A program made the position numbers and the translations under genes. A stretch of DNA of 64,000 bases from the human T2T-CHM13v2.0 reference genome, Homo sapiens. Location of the stretch: NCBI RefSeq assembly GCF_009914755.1, contig NC_060929.1. One strand, written 5' to 3'. The notes under the pieces were generated by a model, which saw only the letters and a program-made list of their open reading frames with translations, ran no database searches and had not been told where the DNA came from. Positions 1 through 14,360 of this stretch are shown here, in pieces; the first letter of the stretch is position 1, and every line of letters begins with the position of its first letter.

Positions 1-299
1 CAGGGATTTGCTCGGTTTATTGCTGCATCCCTTGTTCCTAGAACAGTGTTTTGAATATATTTTAATAAGGGCTTAATATATGTTTGATGAATTAATGTAT
101 AAAGCTACATTTTACTAAGAAAAAAGTGGTATATGAAAGCATAGCGGAAACACACAAACAGTAGGAAATGATTCTTTTGGTTTACAAAAATGTTCTCCCA
201 TTCTAGTTAATTAACTTTGAGTCCTTTTTGTGCATAAGAATATTTGAGGGAAATTTGAGAGGAAATAATTACTTTATATCCTGCTTTATTCATTTTTAG

Positions 300-515
300 C
301 TTTTTAAAAATTTTTTATTTCAATAGGTTTTGGGGAACAGGTGGTGTTTAGTTACATGAATAAGTTCTTTAGTGGTGATTTCTGAGGTTTTGGTGCACCC
401 ATCACCCAAGCAGTGTACACTTTACCCAATGTGTAGTCTTTTATCTCTCACCTGCCTCTCACCCTTTCCCAAGTCCCCAAAGTCCATTGTATCATTTTTA
501 TGCTTTTGTATATCC
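300..515 (-). mobile_element. L1PB-type LINE-1 3' end fragment
   Basis: caataggttttggggaacaggtggtg...gttacatgaataagttctttagtggtgatttctgag is the L1PB 3' UTR motif. Confidence 0.8.
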
Positions 516-574
516 TGTGTTATTCCTAAAATAAATTGGAGTAGTTTAACAATGAAAAATAAAAAGACTAAACA

Positions 575-790
575 CATAATAGGGTCTTACTCCATGCCAG
601 GCAGAGGCATTCATTATTACATTTGACTGTCACTAAAATCTAAAGGACTATATTTAATTCCATTTTCAGATGAGGAAAGGAAATTAAGTTACAGAAATTA
701 AGCCAGTTGTTTAAAGCTAAACAGTGATAAGTGATAGAGTCAGGCTTGGGATCCAGGCCAACTGACTCCAGATCCAGGGCTGGCTGACTT
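575..790 (-). mobile_element. MIR SINE
   Basis: Core ccattttcagatgaggaaa and tgactccaga. Confidence 0.65.
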
Positions 791-827
791 AACCATGATG
801 CTCTCTGGCCTTCATTATGTGGGAGGG

Positions 828-1475
828 TCTGTTAGTACATTCTTGCATTGCTATCAAGAAATATCTAAGACCGATTACACTAAAATCTCAGAAATCACCA
901 CTAAAGAACTTATCCATGTAACTAAAACCCACCTGTACCCCGAAAACTATTGAAAGAAAAAATAATTTAAAAGGAATGATGGAATTAGAAAATCATCATT
1001 TGACAACTATTACAGCAATAATTCATTAAGGCAAGAAAAATCAGATTTTTCTTGAAATTAAGAAATGAGATGAGGCGTGAAAAAGAAGAAATATCTCAGA
1101 GTGGGTAATATATAAAGAAAAGATGTGTAACTGGCTCACAGTTCTGTAAGCTGTACAGGAAGCATGGTGCTGGCATTTGCTTGGTTTCTGGGGAGGCCTC
1201 AGAAAACTTACAGTCATGGCAGAAGGTGAAGGGGGAGCACACAGTCACATGGCCAGAGCAGGAACAAGAGAGCAAAGGGGGACACGTTATACACTTTTAA
1301 ATAAGATTTTGCAAGAACTCGCTATCACAAGAACAGCACCAAAAGGATGGTGCTAAACCATTCATGAAGGAGCTACCCCCATGATCCAATCACCTCCCAC
1401 CAGGCCCCACCCCCAACACTGGGGATTATAATTGAACATGGGATTTGGGTAGGGACATGGATCTAAACTATATAA
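828..1475 (-). mobile_element. MSTA-type MaLR solo LTR with a nested insertion at 871-1085
   Basis: Degenerate TGTATTAGTC...CCAAACCATATCA termini. 5-bp TSD GAGGG at 823-827 and 1476-1480. Confidence 0.88.
871..1085 (+). mobile_element. 5'-truncated L1PB tail plus extra sequence, inserted in the MSTA LTR
   Basis: TSD aagaaatatct(a/c)aga at 856-870 and 1086-1100. 878-955 matches the L1PB 3' end. Confidence 0.8.
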
Positions 1476-2239
1476 GAGGGTAAAAAAAAGGATGGAAGGG
1501 GCATAAATTGGTAAAATGAAGGCCTGTAGTGTTGGCAGAGAGAAAAGAGAAGAATAGGGAGGGACAGTTAAATACTACGAGACAGGTTGGGATGAGATGG
1601 CCTGAAATTCAGAGGGACATCATGGGCATGCCCAGAAGAGTGGGGCCTTCCAGGATAGCTGGGGTTGGGATGAGCAGAAGGGCCAGGGCAGCATGCTCAC
1701 TGGTAATGAAAGGTATGAAATCCTGAGGATTTCACTTCAGGGTCTTTGGGGAGACAGAGGAGCAGGACACACTTCTAGGCAAATGTGCTGATAGAATTTG
1801 TGCATTAAAGAGGAAGGAAGATGATCCTGTGTCCTTGGAAGGCCACATAAAGGATAGACAAAGTGAGGAGTTAGCATATAGCACAGGTAACATTTCTCTG
1901 TGCCCTCATAAGCTAGTGCTTGTACCACTTTATATCCCAGAAAAAAATCAGATACACAACTGAGGTAGATTAAGATCCTGGAAAATGAGTGCTCTGTTGA
2001 TCTTCTAAACAGATGGTAAGTAGCATCCAGTTCCAGAAGAATGCAAGAACTGATACCACTTTGCCAAATTAGAGTGAACTGTCTTCAGGATAAAAATACT
2101 TCTGTTTTTTCTTTTTCTTTTTTTTAAGTTGTGTTTTTGCAGTGGAGAGGGAAGACTATTTTGAAGTAGAGAGGACTTTCATTTATAAAATGGAGTCTTT
2201 CAAATGAGTGCTTACTACACCTTCTATTTTATTTCTCTG

Positions 2240-2430
2240 AATCCTGTTTCCAGCTTGGAGAACTTGAGGAGGGTCATTGTAACTTTGGTCAAATAATGTA
2301 GCCTTCTAAACAAAATATCCTCTTCTGTAAAATGAGGGTACTGATGCTGCGCTGCCGACCTCACTGTGCTGTTTTGAGAAAGTTGAGGAAACTGCCTGGC
2401 ACTCATTAGATATTCAATAAATGTTTCTTC
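2240..2430 (+). mobile_element. MIR SINE
   Basis: cctcttctgtaaaatgaggg and tgcctggcac...tcaataaatg. Confidence 0.65.
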
Positions 2431-2489
2431 AATGAACAATACTGAATAACAAGAGTGATATTGATTTTAGTAATCTCTGAGTAGCTGGC

Positions 2490-2592
2490 TAATTTATTAA
2501 TTTATTAAGTAATTAATAAATTAATACATTTATTAATTTTTATTAATTAAATTAAAATTAATTAAATTAAATTAAAATTTATTTATTTATTA
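2490..2592. repeat. AT-rich low-complexity tract
   Basis: Almost pure A/T, with TTAAT/AATTA units. Confidence 0.85.
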
Positions 2593-2959
2593 AGTGTCAG
2601 AAGTGCTATGCAAGTGCCGATATATTTTATTTCATTTAGCAATGTTAAGAATTTCCTAAGATAGGCAGGCACTGTTTTTATTCCTGTTTTACAATTTAGT
2701 AGCAGAGGCAGCCAGGATTGGAGTCCAGGTCTGCTTGAATCTTTGAGGCCTTACACTTTTCACTAGAGCTTCAGGAGGTGGCTAGAGATCCAGACCAGTA
2801 TCTCTGGTCTGCATGTACAGTCATTGAGCCAGACCCATGTTTTTCTAATCTCTAGGTTATTTTTGGTACTCTTAAAAATTCCAGAGCAGCAGGGTACTGA
2901 GAAAGAGACTGTAGCTCAAGGAAAGCCAATCTCGATAGCAGCCTTCCTGGCATAACTGC

Positions 2960-3420
2960 CTGTGTCTCCTAGACTGGTCTTTGTAAAATGCAAATCTGAT
3001 TGTGTTACTCCCCTGCTCAAAACTCTTCCAGGAACTCTTTGTCTTCCAAGCCCTCCATGCGATGGCCTCTGCCTTCATGTCCAGCTTCTCCTCCTATCCT
3101 ACTTTCTACTTCAGGAATCACAGCCTGGCGATAATAAACTGTCATTCTCCAAATGAGCCATTCTCTCACTGGTTTTCACGCCTTTATTTGGAATTCCCTT
3201 CCATTCACAGCATCCTTTCCATCTTCAGAGAGGCCTTTCCTGACCTGTTACTCCCTCTCCCATCCATACAGAGACTCTTGTGCTCACTTGTGTTTGTTTA
3301 AGCTCTTCTCTTCCTATTAGGCTGTGAGCTCCGTGAAGAAAGAAAGGATAGGTCTTGTCGTCTTCATACCATCTGTGCCTAACACAGTGCCTGACACACA
3401 TCAGGTATTTATTGAATGAA
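2960..3420 (+). mobile_element. L2 LINE 3' fragment
   Basis: aaatctgattgtgttactcccctgctcaaaac...ctgtgagctcc...cacagtgcctgacaca...ttgaatgaa. Confidence 0.75.
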
Positions 3421-3629
3421 GGAATAAGAGAAAATAATCTAAAAGAGGTCATAATATTCACAGTCCTTGAACATGGTCATTTCTTCGAAGTACTCAATGG
3501 ATACTCATGTGTAACTTCTTAAGACTTCACTGTGGAGTTAGGTGTGAGGAAATGGTCACGGAGCCAATCAATGCACCGGGCTGTCTCTTGTTTTCGGCAG
3601 AGGCTTTGCTGTGGGGGACGCAGCACTGA

Positions 3630-3860
3630 CCACAGTGGCAGGGCTTGCTGGGAGTTAAGAAGGAAGCATGGGTTTGACTCCTGCTTCTTCCTGACCCTCC
3701 AGATCACTGTATAATTATCAGGGCATTTACCTCTCGAAGTCTCTCTTTCCTCATCTATAAAATGAGGATGATGGTTTCTACCTTATAGGCCAATTGTAAG
3801 GAATTAATGAGATAATTCACTTAGAATGGTACTTGGTACATTCAAATGCACAGTACTGTT
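3630..3860 (+). mobile_element. MIR SINE
   Basis: Core tttcctcatctataaaatgagga. Confidence 0.7.
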
Positions 3861-4464
3861 AATTAAAACACAAAGGGTCCTATCATGGCCATTTTTATCC
3901 TTATGTGTTCCTAAGCAACCACAATTAATAAACTGATAAATACTACTGTTTTTGCATTAAGGCTTTCTGTTAGGAAATGAGAAATTTCATATTTAATGTG
4001 AGTTAATACAGTGCCTGATGTCCCTTTATAACTGAGATTGCTTCAGTAACATCTATATGGTAGGAGTTTGATAACAGTAAAATATCTGCAAATAGGTACC
4101 TGCCATGGTAAGGTTTGTAAACAACGTCGAATTTTATGGGACCATTGAAAGTTGGTGAGGGGAGGGAGGGAGGGAGGTAGAAGAGGGAGAAAGAAACAGT
4201 GAGGGGCAAGAAAGGACAAGGTCAGAAAAAGGAGCTCCTTCGTTTTAAAGCCATGGCTGCTTCTGCCTAAAGTGGCTGGGAATGAGAAAGGAGTCCCCAA
4301 GTGTGCTCTCCTTTCTCCCTGCAGGGTTGTATGGAAGGATGGGCTCCCCAGAATGGGGATGTGCCATTAGTAGGATGTGAGTAGTGTGAAACCTCCCCAC
4401 CCCCACTTTATGATGTGTTTCAATGAGACACATCCGAGGTGCTTCTTTGGCCCTCAGCTCTTGA

Positions 4465-5210
<746 letters not shown>

Positions 5211-5823
5211 TGACTGACTGCTACCTGCTCTTTCCACGTGCCCTGCTTCTCTAGTTTCCATCAGGACTTCAAGTTTTCCATGCTATGACTGGGCTGGCCT
5301 TTTTCCTGCTTTTGCTTCGATTTGAGGAGAAGAGCTACAGGACCTGAAAGCGCTCTATGGTTTAACAAAGGTGACGGGAGCCCAGAAGAGAAGAGACAAG
5401 ACAATGGAGGCTGGGGATGCTGTCGGGGTGGGTGCTGAGGAACTTTAGGGGGAGTTCATTGATTCTGATCCTGACTTCTTTTCATAAAGGCTCTTCCCAG
5501 TCCCTGGGGGAGGAATAGGATTCATCTGGGGGTCAGACTGTTGCTCTTCCCCACTAGTAGCTTGGGGGAGTGGGAAAGGTATTCGATGGAAGGTGACCAC
5601 CAGGGATTTCTGGTCCAAGGTTAGCAGTGTGATGGAACCTAGATCAAGGTTATGGGTCTTCAGTTTGCTGTAATGTAAGGGGTTTGATCCAGATGAGCTC
5701 TAAGGCTTCTTTCAGATCTCTAAATTGTACATTTCTGAATCTCTACTTTTCTTACTAAGGATTCCCAGTATCTTACAATGAGCATTGCTTGGCAGAGTCT
5801 TTAGCACTCTTATTTAAGAGTGG

Positions 5824-5827
<4 letters not shown>

Positions 5828-5871
<44 letters not shown>

Positions 5872-5885
5872 GCATGTGTGTGTGT
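5828..5885. repeat. (TG)17 plus degenerate TG microsatellite
   Basis: Seen directly. Confidence 0.95.
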
Positions 5886-6881
5886 ACGTACACCGAGGAT
5901 AGATAGGTGGAAGGAATATTCTCGCACGGATGCTGGCCAGATGAGAGGGACAAGGGGAACTGTCTCCAGCTTTTATACCTTTGTACAAAGGAGAGGGACT
6001 GCCTGTGGAACACAAGGACTTGGTGGTCCACCATGAAATAAGAATGGATAGTTATGATCAGGTTATGCCCAGAGATAATCAATCCATGGAGACCTGGGGT
6101 TGTTTGTATTCCTGATAGTCTTCATTTTAGTTTGAGATGTTCAATGCTGTTACTTGGCCCACAATAACCTTCAGATGGCAGTTGATTTGACATAAATCTG
6201 TAGACCTCAAGTGCTAAATAATAACCATGTGAGGTTACTGTCTGTGTGGGTTCAAGGTGAATTTGAAGTTGACAAATTGTAGTCTTTACAGTGGTGCACA
6301 TGTAAAGCTTGTTTGAGACATGAACCATAAAAAGGGCTTAGAGGAATATTTTCTTAGGCCATTAGTGACTTTGGTCACTAATAGAACTTAGTTGTCTTCC
6401 CATAAGACAGCAGAGGGTATCCTATAGTCCTTAGAGGGGCCTTAGAGACTCTTTCTTATTGGATAAAAGGAAACCTTTTTTTTTTCCAAACAAGTATTAT
6501 GAGGAACATTAATATGTAATCTTGATAAAACTTTATTATTATAAATGTGTTCTTTAAGTTTATTGCATTTGTCAATTCGATGGAAAAATGACAACCTGGC
6601 ACTTTAGGTCCTCTCCAATGTCTTAAAATTTGGTAAATAATAAATTTAAGTGGATGATAATCCTTTTAGATTTCATACTAATTGGAAACATATTTCCCAA
6701 ATGAAATTTAAATGGAATGTTTATGAACTCCCAACATCCTCCCATTACAACTTAGGGTTCCCCTGATCTCAGTTTGAAAACCATTAATACAGAGAATAAA
6801 AATAAACTAAGCATAAATCCAAGGAGTTAGAAAAATAAACCAAAGCAAAAATATAAGAGAGAAATTAAAAAACAAACCTGG

Positions 6882-7170
6882 GGCTGGACACAGTGGCTCA
6901 CACCTATAATCCTAACACTTCAGGAAGCTGAGGCGGGCGGATCGCTTGAGCCCAGGAGTTCAGGACCAGCCTGTGCAACAGGTGAAACCTTCTCTCTACC
7001 AAAAAATTAGCTGGGCATGGTGGTGTGTGCCTGTAGTTCCAGCTCCTCAGGAGACTGAGGTGGGAATATCACTTGTGCCCAGGAGGCCATGATTGTGGTG
7101 AGCTGAGATCATGCCACTGCACTCCAGTCTGGGGTACTGAACAAGGTCCTGTCTCTAATAATAATAATAA

Positions 7171-7211
<41 letters not shown>

Positions 7212-7215
7212 AAAT
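6882..7215 (+). mobile_element. Alu (AluJ-like) with (AAT)/(AAAT)n tail
   Basis: Alu dimer flanked by duplicated aaaaa(c/t)aaacctgg. Confidence 0.9.
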
Positions 7216-7230
7216 AAAAAATAAACCTGG

Positions 7231-7541
7231 GGCTGGATGTGATGGCTCATGTCTGTAATTCCAGCGCTTTGGGAGGTTGAGGTGGGGGGGTCATTTGAGG
7301 CCCAGGAGTACAATACCAGCCTGGGCAACATAGTGAGACTTTGTCTCTACCAAAAAAAAAAAAAAAATTTAGCTAGGTGTGGTGTGGTGGTGGTGCCTGC
7401 AGTCCTAGCTACTTAGGAGGCTGAGGTGGGAGGATCCCTTGAGCCTAGGAATTTGAGGCTGCAGTGAGCTATGATCATGTCACTGTACTCCAGCTTGGGT
7501 GATATAGTGAGAACCTATCTCAAAAAAAAAAAAAAAAAAAA
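7231..7541 (+). mobile_element. Alu (AluJ-like)
   Basis: gaggctgcagtgagctatgat (AluJo-type right arm) followed by poly-A. Confidence 0.9.
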
Positions 7542-7769
7542 GAAGGAGAAGCGAAAAATGAACAGAAATCCCACGAAATCCAAATCCAGTTATGTTAGGT
7601 CCCCCATTTTAAAAAATATTGAAGCAATTAATCAATCTAGAATTATATACCAGATATTATAGATTCTAGACACTGAATATTAGATAGTTCTTTAAGTTCT
7701 TTAGCCTCATTCTTTCTCAGAGCAAATAAGCAAAACAGAAAAACAAACAAAACACACCATCTCTTAGTA

Positions 7770-8160
7770 GTGCTTGTTCCTCCTAAGCTGAAGCAATCCT
7801 TGTCGTCTTTGGATGTCTGATGCTTAGAGGGCTCTCACTGGGGAGCTGAACTCTGTCCCCTGTCCTTCCCTGTATTGTTTTGTGCTCTTCCCTTGGGGCC
7901 TGCAGAACATGTCTAATCCTATGTCTGCATGATAGACCCTCAGATATTTGCAGCGGTGACCATTTACCCATGAGTCGTCTCTTCTTTAGCAAAACAGTCC
8001 CAGTTCCTTCAATTGTTCTTCATATGACAGCATGCTTTTTGCATCCCTTTGGCATCCTTGTCCTTTTCCTCTGAACGTGTTGTCAGCTTTGTCTATATTT
8101 GTATTAAAGTATTCCATGGCCCAGGTGTGTCTGACAGGTATAAAGCAGAGCTGGACCATA
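7770..8160 (-). mobile_element. L3/CR1 LINE 3' fragment
   Basis: Minus-strand peptide LKKRRLMG resembles the CR1 ORF2 C-terminal LEKRRLRGD motif. Confidence 0.6.
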
Positions 8161-8680
8161 CTCACTCTTAATGGAGTTACTAAATTTTCATCAATATAGG
8201 GTAGGGCAGGCTGCTCCCTCAGTGATGCTAGTGGATTATTGATTAAAATCCCAACTTGTGTCTAACTGTTAAACTGCATTTTGCTTCCTTCTTGGTTTAT
8301 GTAGTTGATGATTTGGGGGCCAGTATAGGGCTTTTATTCCTAAAGGATTATCAGAATAAGGCAAGAGTGATTACAATTTTTCTTATACCCAAGCCAGTAC
8401 ATTTCCCACTATGATCTGCTGCTTAAAGTGCCAGATACTTGTTTTCACTTACTAGGAGTTCTCTGTCTCCATGGAATTTGTAAGTTAGGGATTTGAAAAG
8501 GAAGCAAGCTAAGGGGCTTTATAAAGCCTGCTTCTGGTCTTGTGAGGAATCTGGAGTCATTTGCTGACCTCTGTCATGAATTGTCTTTTACTTAGTTCTG
8601 CTGTGTTATAGAAACAAAGGCAATTTCAATTTGATACTGGTGAATCATTCCATCAAGGGTGAAAGTCGTCTAGATTTTAA

Positions 8681-9080
<400 letters not shown>

Positions 9081-9149
9081 TAATGGGTATCTTTTACAAA
9101 TATTAATATATGCATTTAATTATGTTAATTATTTCTTTGGGTAAGTTAT

Positions 9150-10640
<1,491 letters not shown>

Positions 10641-11239
10641 TCTCTGGTATTTTGTTACATTTATGTCCTCATTGTTTCCATGACTTTTTATTTGCCAGCC
10701 CTTGTTATTCCTGGTTGTTTTCAGCCGGACTGTTGGCCTGCTGTGGTCTATTTTATCCTATCTGGAGATGGACACCTACTATAAAGGCTGTTTCTCAAAA
10801 AATGTGTTATAAGTCTTTTAAGTTATTTTAGTTAACCTTCTTTTAAAAAATTGGCATTCTGATATTTCCCCCTGGATTTAACCAATTTGTATTTACGTGA
10901 ATGGGACAATACATTTGAATAATCTTGATATTTCAAATTATATAAAAGTCAGACGCTTTTAAACATGCTTCAAATCAGATCAGGGGTTCTTCAGTTTTTT
11001 GATTCACATGTTCTTTGTGTACTCTTCTCAGAATCTGTAACTGATAGACAGACTCCCCAAATAAATGCCCCAAACTGTTGCATACATTTTCCGGAGGATT
11101 AGGGTACATTTCCCCTCACCGTATCTATCTGTAGATTTCAGGATGGGAACTACATTAAGAACATAAAGGAAAGATTGAGTTAAATGAAAAGCTGTAGATA
11201 AGTCACTAAATATTCGTGCATTTGCTGTTTGTTCACTAA

Positions 11240-11450
11240 CATGGTGGGGAGAAAATGTACTGAGCCTGGCACAGAAAGATGTAGATTTATTTCTGGCTCT
11301 GCTCCTCACTAGATCCAATATTTTCAGTGTTCTCTTTAATAAACAAGGTTCATAATAATACCTCCCAGGTATTATTGTGGGAATAAGACAAGAAAACACA
11401 CAAGAAAGCACTGTATAAATTGTGGTGTGCTGTACACATAGATAATATGT
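11240..11450 (+). mobile_element. MIR SINE
   Basis: ctggctctgctcctcactag...taataatacctccc...aaagcactgtataaa. Confidence 0.6.
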
Positions 11451-12169
11451 ATAAGTAGTTAGATATGTCGATATCTGTATTTGTATACATGTGCACACAC
11501 ATATAAGAAATAATATTTGCATCTCCACACTTCCTTTTAACGAAGTACTTCAGCTAAACACAGTAATTTGAATAAAATACTTTGTGCCCACGGTGCTTCC
11601 TTTGGTACCACATATGCTATTGTACTTGAGAAATTGTGAAGAGGATAACCTAACTTGGGGGTTGGGGCAGAAATCAAGAAACCTAATATTACACATCTGG
11701 CTCTGGGATCCTGAGCTAGTTAGCAGTAGTACCTATAGTTGTATTTACTTACCTATAAAATGGGATAATAACCATGCATGCTTTTTTTTTCTTTTAACTT
11801 TTCAAGGATCTTACAAAGTTCAGTACACTTGTTCTACAGGAAAGGCTCTGTATAGATTTTTTTTTCTTATTGTAAAGAAGACAAGTTTCAAATATTGAAT
11901 ACAAATCAAATTTGATAGTTCACTTAGCACTGTATTTTAGCATAATAGTTTTCATGGCATGTATTAGTAAACATTGATTATAATATTTAACAGTCAACTT
12001 ATATTTACCTTTATTATGCTTCTTTCCCTAAATCATCCCATATAAAGGCTGTGTATAATACTAGAATCCATTGGAAGATAGTTTATGTCTTCCTGTCAAA
12101 TAAAAAGGTGACAATTACCATTGAAAAGTATTTATTAACTTCCCATTTTTGCCTGTTACTATAAAAGCT

Positions 12170-12360
12170 AGAGTTCATAAACTTTTTTTGAATCTTTAGA
12201 TGCCTTTGAGACTATGATGAAAGCCATAAAAAACCTTTCCTCAGAAAATGGACATATATACACACAAAAAACATTATTATGTTTTGCTAATAATTTTCAG
12301 AGGTCCTCAAACTGTCTGAAATCCATATTCAGATTCTTCCCTTGGTTAAGAAACCCCACT
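12170..12360. mobile_element. hAT-Charlie-type DNA transposon relic
   Basis: Ends in ggttaagaaacccc and contains the cctttgagactatgatgaaagc motif. Confidence 0.5.
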
Positions 12361-13389
12361 ATAAAAAGATGTATCCTTTTTTCTAATTGTCATAATTTGA
12401 AAATACAGTATTTGTTCATTGCCCAGTCATGCCATATATTTAAGAAACCAGAGAGTTAAGGTGTTGTTCAGCAAATAGCATTGTTATTAACGAAGTGTAA
12501 TTATATACAGATGCATTGTTTATAATGGGAGGGAAGAAAGGGAGGAAGGGAGAGAAAACATGAGTACAGGAATACCCAGTGATTAGGCTAATACAGCCAC
12601 TCAATTACTCAAGGTATTAGAGACATAGATTAATGAAAAAATCTTTAGAACATGCAAACTGGTGTTGACAACCATTTCCACTTTAAATACCATCTGGAAA
12701 GGAATAGGAAAGTTGGATGAGATAGTTTAAGGTGGCAAAAACATTTGTTACCTTTTTGGTTCTCTGGGAAGAAATCCATAGATGTCACAGCATTTCAGCA
12801 GAAGGATTGGTCTTTGAAAATTATTGAGTTTTATGAGTAGAATTTCTCTAGAGGATGTTTGATGGTAAAAAATGTTAGTTTAATTTACCTGATTCTTTGT
12901 GTATATTTATATTGAACTATGTTTAGTATGATTCTAGTCAGTTCAGCTTTTCTGCTCTACATTTGTGATTCCTGTTTTCCATGTGACTTGGCCTTCCAAG
13001 ATTTTATGGGAGTACTGATGAGTATTTTTTATTTGGGCATGATTGGGTAAGAGGTGATATACCTTCACTATTTGACAGGGAAAGGGAATGATTCTGACAC
13101 TGATTCCAACTGGTTCACTTGGGAAACTAAAAATTTTGACCTGCCAAAGGCAAAGTTTGTAGGTGAATTCATATGTGAAACAGAAGAGGGAAGACTAAAT
13201 TTATTCAAATTGAGATTTGGTTTGGCCACCAGCAATGTTTACATTATTTTGCAATAGACTTTTATGAAAGTGGGCAATAAATTTCAGTGGCAATGGAAAA
13301 AGGTGAATTAAATCAGCGAGGAACTGTTTATGATCTGTTGACACAGGAAATACTTCCAAAGATAGTTTTGGCAAGGTTGGGGTGAAAAT

Positions 13390-14360
13390 GATACTCTTAA
13401 CCAGCACATGTGATAAAAGTTGATACAAAATTTTTGGAAAGAAGTTTGGCAATTTGTGACAACTTGTTCATATTTTTGGAAGCATTTCTAGAATTTTATT
13501 CTAAAATAACATCTCAAAGGATAAAAATTACTTAAAATGTTTATAAAGAGTTGTTTAAAATGTTAAAAAGTCAGAAGTACACTTAACGAACAGTAGATGA
13601 ATATTTAAGTAATCATGCAATTGTGGAACATCAAACACTTGGTGGAATGCAATTAAAAAGGGTGCCAAAGATTGTAACAATGTAGAAAAACACTTTTGAT
13701 AGAAGAGAAGAAACCACACAATATGTATTAATGTATTATGCCATGAGTATAGCTGTGTAATAATTACCTGTGCATATGAATAAAGACTGGAAGAGAATAG
13801 GAAAAATGAAAAAAGGTTGATAGTTTAGGATCATGTCAATGCAGATGAAATCTAAATACCTTTAATTGCTATTATTTATTCAATAATGAAAACTTTTAAA
13901 CAGTCTTCTAATTTTATGCTTTTATGGATTTTTATGTTAGACATTGAATTAATTAGAAATTTAATCATTTGGTAGAAGGCATGTTTTTGCTCCTAATGGA
14001 TAGCTATTGTTCTAAAACTGTTTATTGAATTGTCCATTCTTTCCCTGCTGATTTGAAATGCCACCTATTATAACATAATTTCCATGGGTCCATGTGTCTG
14101 CCTCGGACTTTGAACTTGTCTGTCTCTATGCTACCATTACTCTGTTTAAATGACCCTGGTTTTATTGTATGTTTTGCTTTGTGGTAGAGCAAGCTTTGAC
14201 AGCCCAAACATTCTCTCTCAAAAATATCATTTCGATTCTAGTGTATTTACTCCTCCAGATGAACTTTAGAATAAGCTTGTTGAGTTTCATTTGAAAAATG
14301 GGTTTTGACTGGAATACACTAAACTTGTTGATTAATTTGGGGAGATAATTTTGCCTAGCA
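13390..14360. mobile_element. Two old L1ME-like fragments (+ about 13390-13880, - about 13950-14360)
   Basis: tttttggaaagaagtttggcaat and ttattgaattgtccattctttccctgctgatttgaaatgccacc motifs. Confidence 0.55.
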
